The notes under the pieces: generated by a model
What the model was told of the DNA's origin: nothing
The model's database searches: none
Seen by the model: the letters and a program-made list of their open reading frames with translations, nothing else
Made by a program: the position numbers and the translations under genes
NCBI GenBank assembly: GCA_963733035.1
Contig: CAVTBU010000005.1
Coordinates: 1,824,001-1,888,000 of the forward strand
DNA length: 64,000 nt
DNA from: Pirellulales bacterium
GTDB taxonomy: Bacteria; Planctomycetota; Planctomycetia; Pirellulales; PALSA-1355
Direction of reading: 5' to 3'
Shown here: piece by piece, positions 43,726-53,808 of the stretch
Layout: each line of letters starts with the position of its first letter
Position numbering within the stretch: the stretch's first letter is position 1

Positions 43726-44997
43726 TCAGTCGGCCGCCAGCACCATGGCCACCGACTGGCCCATCAGCGTTTGGTTCAGCACCATCGCCGTCTTACGCTT
43801 CGTGGCGAGTGCTTCGTGATGCACCACGTTCACGGGGCAAGAAGGATCCGGGCGTTCGAAATTCAACGTGCGGGGAACACTTCCGGTTTCAAATGCCACG
43901 AGCGTGCCCAAAAGTTCCACCGAACCCGAACCTGCTCCCAGGTTGCCGAAATAGCTTTTCAGCGCGGTGACGGGTACATCGCCAAGTGTGTCGCGAATCG
44001 CCTGCGCTTCGGCCTGGTCGTGTATTTGTGTGCTCAGCCCATGAGCATTCACATGGCCGACGTCGGCGGGCTCGAGTTCTGCTTCAACTAGCGACTTGCG
44101 GATGGCCGAACGAATTGCCTGGCCGGGAAACGTGTGGCCAGGCGTGCAGGCCTCGAACGTGCTGGCGAATCCCAAGATTCGCGCGATGATCCGAGCGCCG
44201 CGGGCCTCGGCAGAACGGCGAGACTCGAGAACGAAAGCTGCGGCGCCCTCGCCATAAACCATGCCGTCACGACCGGCATCGAAGGGACGCGAAACGACCT
44301 GTGGATCCTCCGTACGAGGCGAACAGAGCTGGATATTATCGCGAAAGGCCCAGGTCATCGGATGAATCCGCGAACCGGTGCCGCCGACGATCATCACATC
44401 GGCCGCGCCGCGCTGAATGACACGCATCCCCTCGGCGATAGCCAGCAAACTGGAGGCCTCGGACAGCACGATCGTGTTGTTCGGTCCTCGCGCGTCCTGT
44501 GCGATGGCCACATGACAGGCCGGCATATTCGGCAAGTACTTGAGCATCCACAATGGGAACATCTCGCCCATGGCACGCTCGTCCCACTGGGCATAGTCGA
44601 ATTTGCCTTCATTGACGCACGGGCGAAACGCGTCGACAAGCTCGTTTGGTTCGAGCTGCATCATGTCGGCGCCAAATACCACACCGAAGCGCTCCGGATC
44701 GACGCCGGCGCCGGCCAGATCCGCCTGGGCGATGGCCATTTGAGCCGAGGCAAAGGCAAGCTGGATGCTCCGCGACATGACCTTCAGATTCTTTCTGACG
44801 GCCACGTGTTTTTTGGGGTCAAACCCGACGACCTCGGCACCGACCCGAACGGGAAATTCTGGCGAGTCAAACACTTGCAATCGCCGCACACCGCTGGTGC
44901 CTTCCGCCAGCGCAGCGGCGAACGCCTCGTAGCCGATCCCAATCGGGCTGGCGGCTCCGGCACCGGTGATCACGATTTCCGACGCGGCGTCGATCAT
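43726..44997 (-). CDS. FabF-like ketosynthase homologue lacking the catalytic Cys (CLF-like)
   Basis: IVITGAG, SRPFDAGRDG, HVNAHG; active-site segment TIVLSEASS (C>E) and KSYFGNLG (H>N). Confidence 0.88.
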   Translation of the reverse strand: MIDAASEIVITGAGAASPIGIGYEAFAAALAEGTSGVRRLQVFDSPEFPVRVGAEVVGFDPKKHVAVRKNLKVMSRSIQLAFASAQMAIAQADLAGAGVDPERFGVVFGADMMQLEPNELVDAFRPCVNEGKFDYAQWDERAMGEMFPLWMLKYLPNMPACHVAIAQDARGPNNTIVLSEASSLLAIAEGMRVIQRGAADVMIVGGTGSRIHPMTWAFRDNIQLCSPRTEDPQVVSRPFDAGRDGMVYGEGAAAFVLESRRSAEARGARIIARILGFASTFEACTPGHTFPGQAIRSAIRKSLVEAELEPADVGHVNAHGLSTQIHDQAEAQAIRDTLGDVPVTALKSYFGNLGAGSGSVELLGTLVAFETGSVPRTLNFERPDPSCPVNVVHHEALATKRKTAMVLNQTLMGQSVAMVLAAD

Positions 44998-45448
44998 CGT
45001 AGCGGCTTTGTCACGATTGGAACGGTTTTGGCAATGGTCTTCCGAGTGGCGGACAGGTCGAGCGACGCTGTGGCCTGCACGGCATGGTCTCGCTCTTCAG
45101 CGAACGGCAATCTGTAAGCGGCATTTATGCCGAAGGTTACGAGAAATTCATCGTATCCGGACACGATTTGACGAACAAGCTGCGCAGTTAGGTTCGGCCA
45201 TCGGCATTGCCCAGGTTGACTAAATTGACTTTGAATTTGGTTGCTGAACGACCGATAGGTGATTAAGAGGTGGGAAAGCAGCCGATTTCGCTGCCTTCTC
45301 GCTCGCGTGATTGCATCATGGATGTCCCCCTTGGATCGATGCCAAGTCGGTCCCTTCCGCTCGGCTAGGACGTCCCGGCGGTGGTGCGGTCGCTCTAAAG
45401 GTTTTTCCAGGCTACGTTTCCGATTCCAATGCCGAAAGGTCTCGTCGG

Positions 45449-46549
45449 ATGATCCAGCATACCGACACGCCAGCGTTTTCGCTCGCCCAAGCTCGCCATA
45501 TTGTCAAAGACTTATTTGCCCCCCGCCCGGTGATTTACTGGGCCGACTTTCTCGGCTCGGCGTTGGGTGGCATGCTTTGCTTTACGCTCGTGCGACGACG
45601 GCTCGAGCCGTTCTCGCTCGAGCAGGGCATCGTGTTCGTGATTTGCTGCCTGCTATTCTACCGGGCGGTGCTATTCACGCACGAACTGACGCATCTGCGA
45701 TCGGGCTCGTTTCGGGCATTTCGGATTGCTTGGAACCTGCTGTGCGGCATTCCGTTGTTGCTGCCAAGCTTTACGTACTACACCCATGTCGAACACCACA
45801 TGCGGAAACATTTTGGCACTGAGCGCGACGGCGAATATATGCCGCTGGCAACGACCGGACCATGGCATATCGTGCTGTATCTTTGCCAGCCGTTTGTGTT
45901 GCCGATCATTGCCGTCGTGCGATTCATGTTCCTTGCACCGATTGGCTGGTTGGTTCCCAGCTTCCGCGCAGTTCTGCATCGCCACGCATCGTCGATGGTG
46001 ATGGATCCGACTTATATCCGCCCGTTGCCGGCCAAGAAGACGTTGCGCATCTTTCGCCTGCAGGAAGTGCTGTGCTGCTTGTGGTGCTGGTCGCTGGCCA
46101 CGCTGATGGCCAACGGCGTGGTACCGCTGGGCTTTCTGCCGACCGCCTACGCCGTGAGCGTAACGATTCTGTTCTTGAATGCCCTGCGGACGCTCGGCGC
46201 CCATCGCTACACGAACGACAATGGCCAGGTGACGTTCATCGAGCAGATGCTCGACTCGATCAACTATCCGAACCGGCCATTCCTGTCAGCCCTGTGGGCG
46301 CCGGTGGGTCTGCGATTCCATGCGCTGCATCACCTTTTTCCATCGCTGCCCTATCACAACCTGGCCAAGGCGCATGCCAGGCTGATGGCCGAGCTGCCGG
46401 CCGATTCGCCATACCGCTTGACCGAATGCCCGAGCCTGACGACGGCGCTGCGGGAACTATGGCAGAACGCTCGCAAGAGCGCCCGGCGCAGCCACACGTA
46501 TCGACCCAACGGCGTCGCTGCCCCTCAGCGTCTGACGAGCGCCCGGTAA
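45449..46549 (+). CDS. Membrane fatty acid desaturase family protein
   Basis: His boxes HELTH, HVEHH, HALHH plus TM helices; start reassigned to MIQHT. Confidence 0.92.
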   Translation: MIQHTDTPAFSLAQARHIVKDLFAPRPVIYWADFLGSALGGMLCFTLVRRRLEPFSLEQGIVFVICCLLFYRAVLFTHELTHLRSGSFRAFRIAWNLLCGIPLLLPSFTYYTHVEHHMRKHFGTERDGEYMPLATTGPWHIVLYLCQPFVLPIIAVVRFMFLAPIGWLVPSFRAVLHRHASSMVMDPTYIRPLPAKKTLRIFRLQEVLCCLWCWSLATLMANGVVPLGFLPTAYAVSVTILFLNALRTLGAHRYTNDNGQVTFIEQMLDSINYPNRPFLSALWAPVGLRFHALHHLFPSLPYHNLAKAHARLMAELPADSPYRLTECPSLTTALRELWQNARKSARRSHTYRPNGVAAPQRLTSAR

Positions 46550-46615
46550 GCCACCGGCGCACTATCAACTCGCGATTGAAACAACCGCCGGCATGTTCCG
46601 CCGGAATTCGCCGCT

Positions 46616-48390
46616 CTATTCCTTGATCAATTCCTTCACCGTCATGCCGGCGGGAATCATCGGCAGCACGTGCTCCTGGTAGGGCACTTCGACGTCGAGC
46701 ACGAAGGGGCCGGGGTAGTTGATCATTTCCTGCAGCGCGTCGACCAGCTCCGACTTGTCCTTAACATAGCGGGCGCCGGCGCCGTATCCCTTGGCAATGG
46801 TGACAAAGTCCGGATAGCGCCCGGCTGGCTTGTCGGCCGTGCCCTGGCCGACGGCTTCGGGATTGTCGATCGGTCCCAAGTAGGTATGCGCCCGGTTGCC
46901 TTCGTGAAAACGGTCTTCCCACTGCACCACCATGCCCAGGTGCTGGTTGTTGAGCAGCAGCACTTTGACCGGGATCTTTTCGCAGAAGCAGGTGGCCAGC
47001 TCCTGAATGTTCATTTGGAAGCTGCCGTCGCCGTCGATGTCGACCACCAGCTTGTCGGGATGCGCCACCTTGCGCCTACCGCCGCCGGCAGACCAAAACC
47101 CATCGTGCCCAGGCCCGAGCTCGAACACCAGGTGCGCGGCTCGCGCAGGCGATAATGCTGGGCCGCCCACATCTGATGCTGGCCCACGCCCACGGTGACG
47201 ATCGTGTCCTGATCTTTGGTCAGTTCCCACAGTTTGTGGATCGCGTACTGCGAGGTGATCGGGCCTTCGTTGCTGCCAAATTTGAACGGATCGCTCTTCT
47301 TCCAAGCCGCAATCTGCTTGTGCCAGGCGCTCAAGTCTTCGGGCGCTTCGACGATTTTGTTCAGTTCGGCCAGCGCGTACTTAATATCGCTGACGATCGG
47401 AATGTGCGCTTCCTTGTTCTTGTTCAGTTCCGACGGGTCGACGTCGATGTGCACAATCTTGCCGTGCTTGGCAAACTCCGAAACCTTGCCCGTCACGCGA
47501 TCGTCGAACCGCACGCCGAAGGCCAGCAGCAGGTCGGACTGATCGACGGCATAGTTGGCATACACGCTGCCGTGCATGCCCAGCATGTCGAGCGAGAGCG
47601 GATCGTCGCCGGGATACGCCCCCAGGCCCATCAGCGTCATGGTGACCGGAATCTTGGTCTTTCGCGCCAGCTCGCGCAGTTCGCTACTGGCATCGCCCAT
47701 GACGACGCCGCCGCCGGCATAAATCACGGGGCGCTTCGAACGCTTAATGGCCGCCGCAACCTGGGCAATCTGCTCTTGCGGTGCCTTGCGCTCCTCGACG
47801 TGATAGCCCGGCAGGTTCATGGGAGCGTCGTAGTCGGGTGCGATCTGCGCTTGCTGCACGTCCTTGGGCACGTCGATCAGCACGGGTCCGGGCCGGCCAC
47901 TGGTGGCGATGTGAAAGGCCTCGCGCATGATCCGCGCCAGATCGTTGACGTCGGTGATCAGATAATGGTGCTTGGTGATGCCGCGACAGACTTCGACGAT
48001 CGGCGTTTCCTGGAAGGCATCGGTGCCGATGACGGCCGTCTTCACCTGGCCGGTGATGGCAATGAGCGGAATACTGTCGAGCTTCGCGTCGGCAATGCAG
48101 GTCACCAGGTTCGTGGCCCCGGGGCCGCTGGTGGCCATGCACACGCCCGGCTTGCCCGTGGTGCGGGCGTAACCCTGGGCGGCAAACCCGCCCCCCTGCT
48201 CATGGCGCGGCAAGATGGTGCGAATGCGGTCCTTGTAGGCGGTGAGCGACTGGTGCAGCGGCATGCTGGCGCCGCCGGGATAGGCGAAGACGACCTCGAC
48301 GCCATGCCGAACCAGCGATTCGACAAGGATATCGGCGCCCGATTGCAAAGCCACGGTGGCACGTTTCGAGGTCGTAGTAGCCACGATCAA
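46616..48390 (-). CDS. ilvB: Acetolactate synthase large subunit (apparent frameshift ~47071)
   Basis: [42 protein letters not shown] motif GDGSFQMN in the next frame. Confidence 0.95.
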
Positions 48391-48735
48391 TCACTCCCAC
48401 AAGAATCCCAAACGAACGCCCAACTAGCTAACGAAAACCATTTTGGGCAAACAAATTAGCATACCTCGCTCCCGCCCGAGAGACAAGCAAAAGCGGTCCG
48501 CCGGTAGCGATTGTCCGGCACGTGCCCAGCGCTGCTTTGAGCTCTGACGCGACAGGGGGAGCTTCGGTTCGCGGCCGCGGGGGAGCAAACGCGATTGGAC
48601 CGTGCCGCACAGGCGAGTATGCGGCAGCGGCTGGCCCAGTTTCAAGCGTGCAATCGGGCGCGACACTTCCGCGGCGTCGCGACTCCTGTCCGCGTCGATC
48701 GGCGGGCGGCAAGCCGACAAATTGGTTGGCGGCGC

Positions 48736-48827
48736 GGCTCGATTCGGAATTCGGAAAGTTTTCGAGTGGCCCGATTTTCGAGCGTTTGGTTGCGCGCAAC
48801 TTTTCATTCCTAAGGGAGCCTGAAAAA
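48736..48827 (-). repeat. Dispersed ~90-bp intergenic element, copy 2
   Basis: Inverted copy of 8935-9027; contains the perfect palindrome GTTGCGCGCAAC. Confidence 0.8.
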
Positions 48828-49072
48828 CCGATCAATTCGCCTCCCCATTTCGCGCATTTGTCCTTGTTTGACCACCGGAAAAATCTCCCAGGCCCCAGTT
48901 CAGAATGTCCCGAGCCTAGGCTAGCGGAAGTGGCGGCCCGGTTTCAATGAGTTGTCGGAATGGTGGGCGTAAATCGGTGCGCAAGGTGCGAAGACGAAGG
49001 GGTGTGGTCTGACGAAGGACGAACCGCGGATGGACACGGCCGGACGCGGATAGTCGGCAAGGGCGCGTCAAA

Positions 49073-49097
49073 GTAGCAGGCTCACGCCGTGAGCCGT
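49073..49097 (+). repeat. GTAG-type REP-like element
   Basis: GTAG-CA-GGCTCACG-C-CGTGAGCC-GT: GTAG tetranucleotide followed by a perfect 8-bp inverted repeat. Confidence 0.55.
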
Positions 49098-49466
49098 AGC
49101 AGGGGTGGGGGGATTGTTGGGAGGCAGCTGGCGCGAACGTGCCGCAGGCGTTCCGATTGACAGTGGCAATTCGATCCTTGCGCCAGCGTGGTTCGTGAGC
49201 GCGGGTTGGCTGCGCAGGACATAGTGTAGACCTCTTGTGCCTCCGGCACGTGCGACATTTCTGTCGCGGCCGCGCTCGGGTTATGATGCCCCCCAAAAAA
49301 GAGGTTCGCTAGATAGTCTCCCCCTTTCACATCAGTTTCGTGCAACTCGCCTGTCGGCCTCTTACTTTTGGTGTGCTTCCAAGAAGCTGCTTACTAGCTG
49401 ACTACGCATAAACTACATTCCATGCTTGGACGGCTTGGCGTAATCGAAACGCGGACGGAGCATTGC

Positions 49467-52400
49467 ATGACACGCCTTACACGAAATGATCTCATCAATT
49501 GGGCAGCTACAAAAGCGTCAGAGGGACAATTGCCAGAACTAATTCGTCGGCTCATCCTGGCATCCAATCCATCGGTTGAAACAATCGTCATGCCTTATGG
49601 AGACTCAGTCGGGCGCTCAGGGCTTGACGGTTATGTCTACGCCAGGAGTGGTTCTACGTATGTCCACGATGGTGCCTCGGTTTGGGAATTCGGGACGAAT
49701 AAGGGGCACGTCACCAAAGCCAATGAAGACTTCAAGAAGAGGACAAATGGAACAGCGGATTATCGACAAAAGGAATTGACGTATTACTGTGTCACACCAA
49801 GGCATTGGGAGAAGAAAGCTGATTGGGTGTCCGATCCGGGACCGGCCAACGACAAGATTGTCGGTCACTGGAAGGCAGTCCGCGTCTTCGACGTCGATGA
49901 CATTCTCGGTTGGTTATCAGATTGCCCGGCCGTCGAGGCTTGGTTTTCTCGGAGGCTTGGAAAAGCAACGGCAGGCTTCCGAGATGTCGAAGGATATTGG
50001 AAGAATGTTGCGACAACGCGTTCAGACGTCATCAAGCCAGGAGCTCTCCTCGCTGGCCGTGAAGAGTTGACGAAGAAGATTCAAATACACATTGCGGGTG
50101 AAGATGAGAATCGTGGCCCGTTGGCAATACTCTGTCGATCTCCGGCGGAAGTCGTACCGTTCGCGGTCGCCTCCGTAGTGGAATCTGGCCACGAAGTCGC
50201 GATTGCACGCACAGTCGTAGTCGAGTCACGCGCTCGGTGGGAACAACTTATTGTTGAAGAATCCGGCTTGGGACTGATCGTTGCTCCACAAGTGCAGCCG
50301 AGTCGCGAAGAACTACAGCAGGCAGCGAGCCAAAATCATCGAGTCATTTACTGCTCCACCGTCGGGCACATGGAGCTGCCACGTCTGACTGAGTTCGAGG
50401 TGCGCCAAGCTCTGACTTCGTCGGGCATTGGCGAAGCAGAGGCAACTCAACACGCAATACAGTGCGGTGGAAATGGGCAACTCCTTCTGGATCGGTTGTC
50501 CGGGCTTCACGCATCGGCAAGAACGATCGGGTCCAGTCTCGATGACCGAGTAAAGGCAACTTGCCTGCTGTTGGTCGGCTGGGATGGCAACCATCCCGCC
50601 GATCGTGAAATATTCTCGATCCTTTCAGGCTTGCCATACGAACAACTTGAGACTTCGCTCATTTCTGATTCGAACGACCCTGATGGACTTCTATTTCGAG
50701 CCGATGGAAAGTTCAGACTTCTTTCGCCCGAACTTGCTTGGATTCGTTACGCGTCGCTCATCACAAAGTCCGTGATCAATGAATTTGGGGATGTTGTGCG
50801 GTACCTGCTCGCGGATGACGATCCAACTGCTGGTATGCCGGGCGAAAAGCGGCTTACGGCTCAGTTTCTCGGCAAACATCCAGAGTTTTCTGGAACCTTA
50901 CGACGAAACGTGGTGCATTCACTGGCAATCGCTGCATCGATCGGTGCCACACGATTAAATCTCGACGCTTCCATGAGTCCGTTGTTTGTGGACTGGATTG
51001 TGCGATCGACTCTGAAGGACGCGCGCTTTAGTCGCTGGGCGTCGTTTCGCGGCGAATTGTCAATTCTGGCCGAAGCCGCGCCAGATGCTTTGCTGGACGC
51101 TCTTGAACGCGATCTCCACCCGGACGGACCGCTTGCGGAGGTAATGGAAAGAACTGAGACTGGTCTCTTCTGCTCGCCTGCACACACCGGCATTCTCTGG
51201 GCGCTCGAAAGACTTTGTTGGTCCCCGCAGCATCTGGAACGAGCCATCTGTGTTTTGTTGCGGCTGGCCAGACTAAATCCTGAAATCAAATCGGGTAACA
51301 ATCCTTCAAACTCGATTCGCGAGACTCTGCAGCTTTACTGCCCGCAGACAAATGCGGACTGGTCAACGCGAGAGGCAGCGATCGCTCGTATGCTGAAAGA
51401 AGATGCAGGAACGGCCTTCAGACTGGTTATCTCGCTCTTTCCTTCGGCGCACTCAAGTTGGATGTGCCGTGAATTACCAACGTGGCGAGACTGGGCTCAC
51501 GGATATGAGCCGGGCAGGACAAATCGTCAAATCGCGATCGAACGTCGATGGTGTATCGAGCAACTTCTAGCGGTTGCTGCTGACGATGCCGAGCGATGGT
51601 GCGCTCTCATTGAACTTTGTGGGGACATCGCCGACGATCAGTTTAGTGCAGTCCTTGAGAGCTATGAGTCGACGCTGGCTAGCGGAGTATTTGAGCAGGA
51701 GGACAAACGCCTCCTTTGGGAAACAATCAACGCCATGTTGGTCGATGCGGAGTGGGCATCAGCCCAACGGCGATTGAAAAATGGTAAAGTTGTTGATGCG
51801 CACGAACTTGAAGATACGACTGTTGAGTCTGAACCACATTTTCCCGGAGAAGTTGAACGCTACGAGAGGTACGGACCACGGTTGCGACAACTGCTCGAAG
51901 CTTCAATTCCGGAGGATCCAGTTCTTGCCGGATGCCATGCATTTTTGTATGCGGCTTCCCCGAACCACTGCACACGGCACTTCTCAGATCGCTTCAATTA
52001 TGAGAGCCAGCAAAAACGTATTCGTGAATCGCAAAAGTCCATTGTCTTAGGAGTTTGGCGTGCCGAAGGCCTGGACGGTTTACGCCGCTTGGCAGCGATT
52101 GACCACGTCGCTGCGGACGTAGTTGGTGGAACAGTGGCGCTTACTGAAGAGGTGGCTATTGAATTTGCTGAGATCCTGCCGCTCATTTCGTCAACGACGA
52201 AGTCAGATCGATTGCTAGCGCGCGGATTTGTCTCTGCTTGGGCGTGGCAGCGCAAAGATTCCCTTTCGACACACGTACTCCCTCATTTAGCGACGATGAC
52301 CTCGGATGAGATGATTGCGTCATACCTAAGTTGCCTCCCTACCGTACCGGAAGTCTGGGATTGCATTGATCGGCAAATCGAATCCGTCCAGCGACTCTAC

Positions 52401-53339
52401 TGGAAAACTGCACCAGCACCTTGGGAGATCCCAGCGGGGAGGCTTTCGTACTTTGTCAGAAATCTGATTAAAGTCGCCCGCGCGGATCGAGCCGTCGACC
52501 TATTGACCTATCGACATAAGGAAATCGTCGGCGACGAAGTTGATTTAGTTTTTGAAGTGCTAGAAGCGTTGCCCCATGTCGAGCGAGATCCAGACGAGCA
52601 GCACCAAGACAGTCTCAGGTGGGAGATACAGGAACTCTTCGAAGTGCTCTACAAGGTTGGAATGTCTCAAGTCGAACGGCTTGTTTGGCTGGAACTCCTT
52701 TATCACCGTGTGTTCGACAACGATAGTCGAAAGATTCAGCCCAGAGGATTGCTAGTTGCGATTAGGGATACGCCGTCCCTTTTCGTCGATTTGCTCAGAT
52801 ATCGCTACAAAGACGACAATGGCGCATCGACCACGTCGGATAACGAGCAGACTAACGCTCTGGCGAAGCAGGTATGTGGACTGCTTCACCGACTTGCAGA
52901 ACTGCCGGGACAATCCGAATTGTGTCCAATGAGTGACGGAACGATTGCTGACTGGGTTGCTGACGTGGTCCAAATCGCTTCTGAAAGGCGATATTTGACC
53001 GCAGTTGGACTTCTGTTGTCGGACATCATGACAAGTGGAGCATGGGGCGCGATCGAAACATGGCCCACGACCGATATGGCCAAAGCGATTAACATTCTAG
53101 CCGACACAATCCCAGAGATTTTCCCACCACACCTCACGGTCAGCCTCTCGAACGCTCGCGGCGTCCACAGCATTGATCCGTCCGGACACTCAGAAAATAG
53201 CCAAGCCGAGAGGCTCCGAAATCGAGCAGATCAACTTCGACAAACCTGCCCGGCCGCATCACGGGCCCTGCGCGACGTCGCCCAAGGCCTTGATTCCGAG
53301 GCAAAAAGAAATGTAGAGCAGGCAAAGTGGGAGCGATAG
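49467..53339 (+). CDS. ~1290-aa hypothetical protein: restriction-endonuclease-like N-terminus, degenerate NTPase-like middle, helical C-terminus
   Basis: Long intact ORF; LPELIRRL, SGLDG, VWEFG, KANEDF, VTPRHW; visibly more AT-rich codons than its neighbours. Confidence 0.85.
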   Translation: MTRLTRNDLINWAATKASEGQLPELIRRLILASNPSVETIVMPYGDSVGRSGLDGYVYARSGSTYVHDGASVWEFGTNKGHVTKANEDFKKRTNGTADYRQKELTYYCVTPRHWEKKADWVSDPGPANDKIVGHWKAVRVFDVDDILGWLSDCPAVEAWFSRRLGKATAGFRDVEGYWKNVATTRSDVIKPGALLAGREELTKKIQIHIAGEDENRGPLAILCRSPAEVVPFAVASVVESGHEVAIARTVVVESRARWEQLIVEESGLGLIVAPQVQPSREELQQAASQNHRVIYCSTVGHMELPRLTEFEVRQALTSSGIGEAEATQHAIQCGGNGQLLLDRLSGLHASARTIGSSLDDRVKATCLLLVGWDGNHPADREIFSILSGLPYEQLETSLISDSNDPDGLLFRADGKFRLLSPELAWIRYASLITKSVINEFGDVVRYLLADDDPTAGMPGEKRLTAQFLGKHPEFSGTLRRNVVHSLAIAASIGATRLNLDASMSPLFVDWIVRSTLKDARFSRWASFRGELSILAEAAPDALLDALERDLHPDGPLAEVMERTETGLFCSPAHTGILWALERLCWSPQHLERAICVLLRLARLNPEIKSGNNPSNSIRETLQLYCPQTNADWSTREAAIARMLKEDAGTAFRLVISLFPSAHSSWMCRELPTWRDWAHGYEPGRTNRQIAIERRWCIEQLLAVAADDAERWCALIELCGDIADDQFSAVLESYESTLASGVFEQEDKRLLWETINAMLVDAEWASAQRRLKNGKVVDAHELEDTTVESEPHFPGEVERYERYGPRLRQLLEASIPEDPVLAGCHAFLYAASPNHCTRHFSDRFNYESQQKRIRESQKSIVLGVWRAEGLDGLRRLAAIDHVAADVVGGTVALTEEVAIEFAEILPLISSTTKSDRLLARGFVSAWAWQRKDSLSTHVLPHLATMTSDEMIASYLSCLPTVPEVWDCIDRQIESVQRLYWKTAPAPWEIPAGRLSYFVRNLIKVARADRAVDLLTYRHKEIVGDEVDLVFEVLEALPHVERDPDEQHQDSLRWEIQELFEVLYKVGMSQVERLVWLELLYHRVFDNDSRKIQPRGLLVAIRDTPSLFVDLLRYRYKDDNGASTTSDNEQTNALAKQVCGLLHRLAELPGQSELCPMSDGTIADWVADVVQIASERRYLTAVGLLLSDIMTSGAWGAIETWPTTDMAKAINILADTIPEIFPPHLTVSLSNARGVHSIDPSGHSENSQAERLRNRADQLRQTCPAASRALRDVAQGLDSEAKRNVEQAKWER

Positions 53340-53808
53340 ATCAAACGGCCCGATGCACTGAGCCACGGTACTTAACGATCCCCTATCGCACGTCGGCGAC
53401 CTCTAGCGATTGAAACACCGAATCTGTTTTCCGTGCTTCGGTCCGACACCCCGAGGCGCCAACGACACGGTGGCGGGGCGCATAACGATTGCGGAGGAAT
53501 TCAGGCCTGTTCCGCACGGCGCGAGACTTGAGTTGCGGGGGTTGAGTTCCCAATAGACAGCCAAGGGCCGAGGACTTCGGGCGTCGCCGCGTATCACATC
53601 GATTTCACGACAATCATCGCTGCCCGATGTCCACTTGTCACTTCGGTTGATGTGACGTTGAGGCGACCGAGGCGCGCTAGTGTCGCCGAAGTGTGGAGCC
53701 GACGGGCGTCCCGGGTAACGGTCGTTTGATGACGCTTCTTATGTGAGACGGCTTTCCGCGCCTTCGGTACGAATTACTAACCGGCGGGGGCCGTTCATCG
53801 CACGCCAT

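Noticed and set aside
48830..53808. Transposase, integrase or att sites around the 1290-aa gene
   Set aside because: No recombinase ORF, terminal inverted repeats, tRNA or flanking direct repeats were seen.
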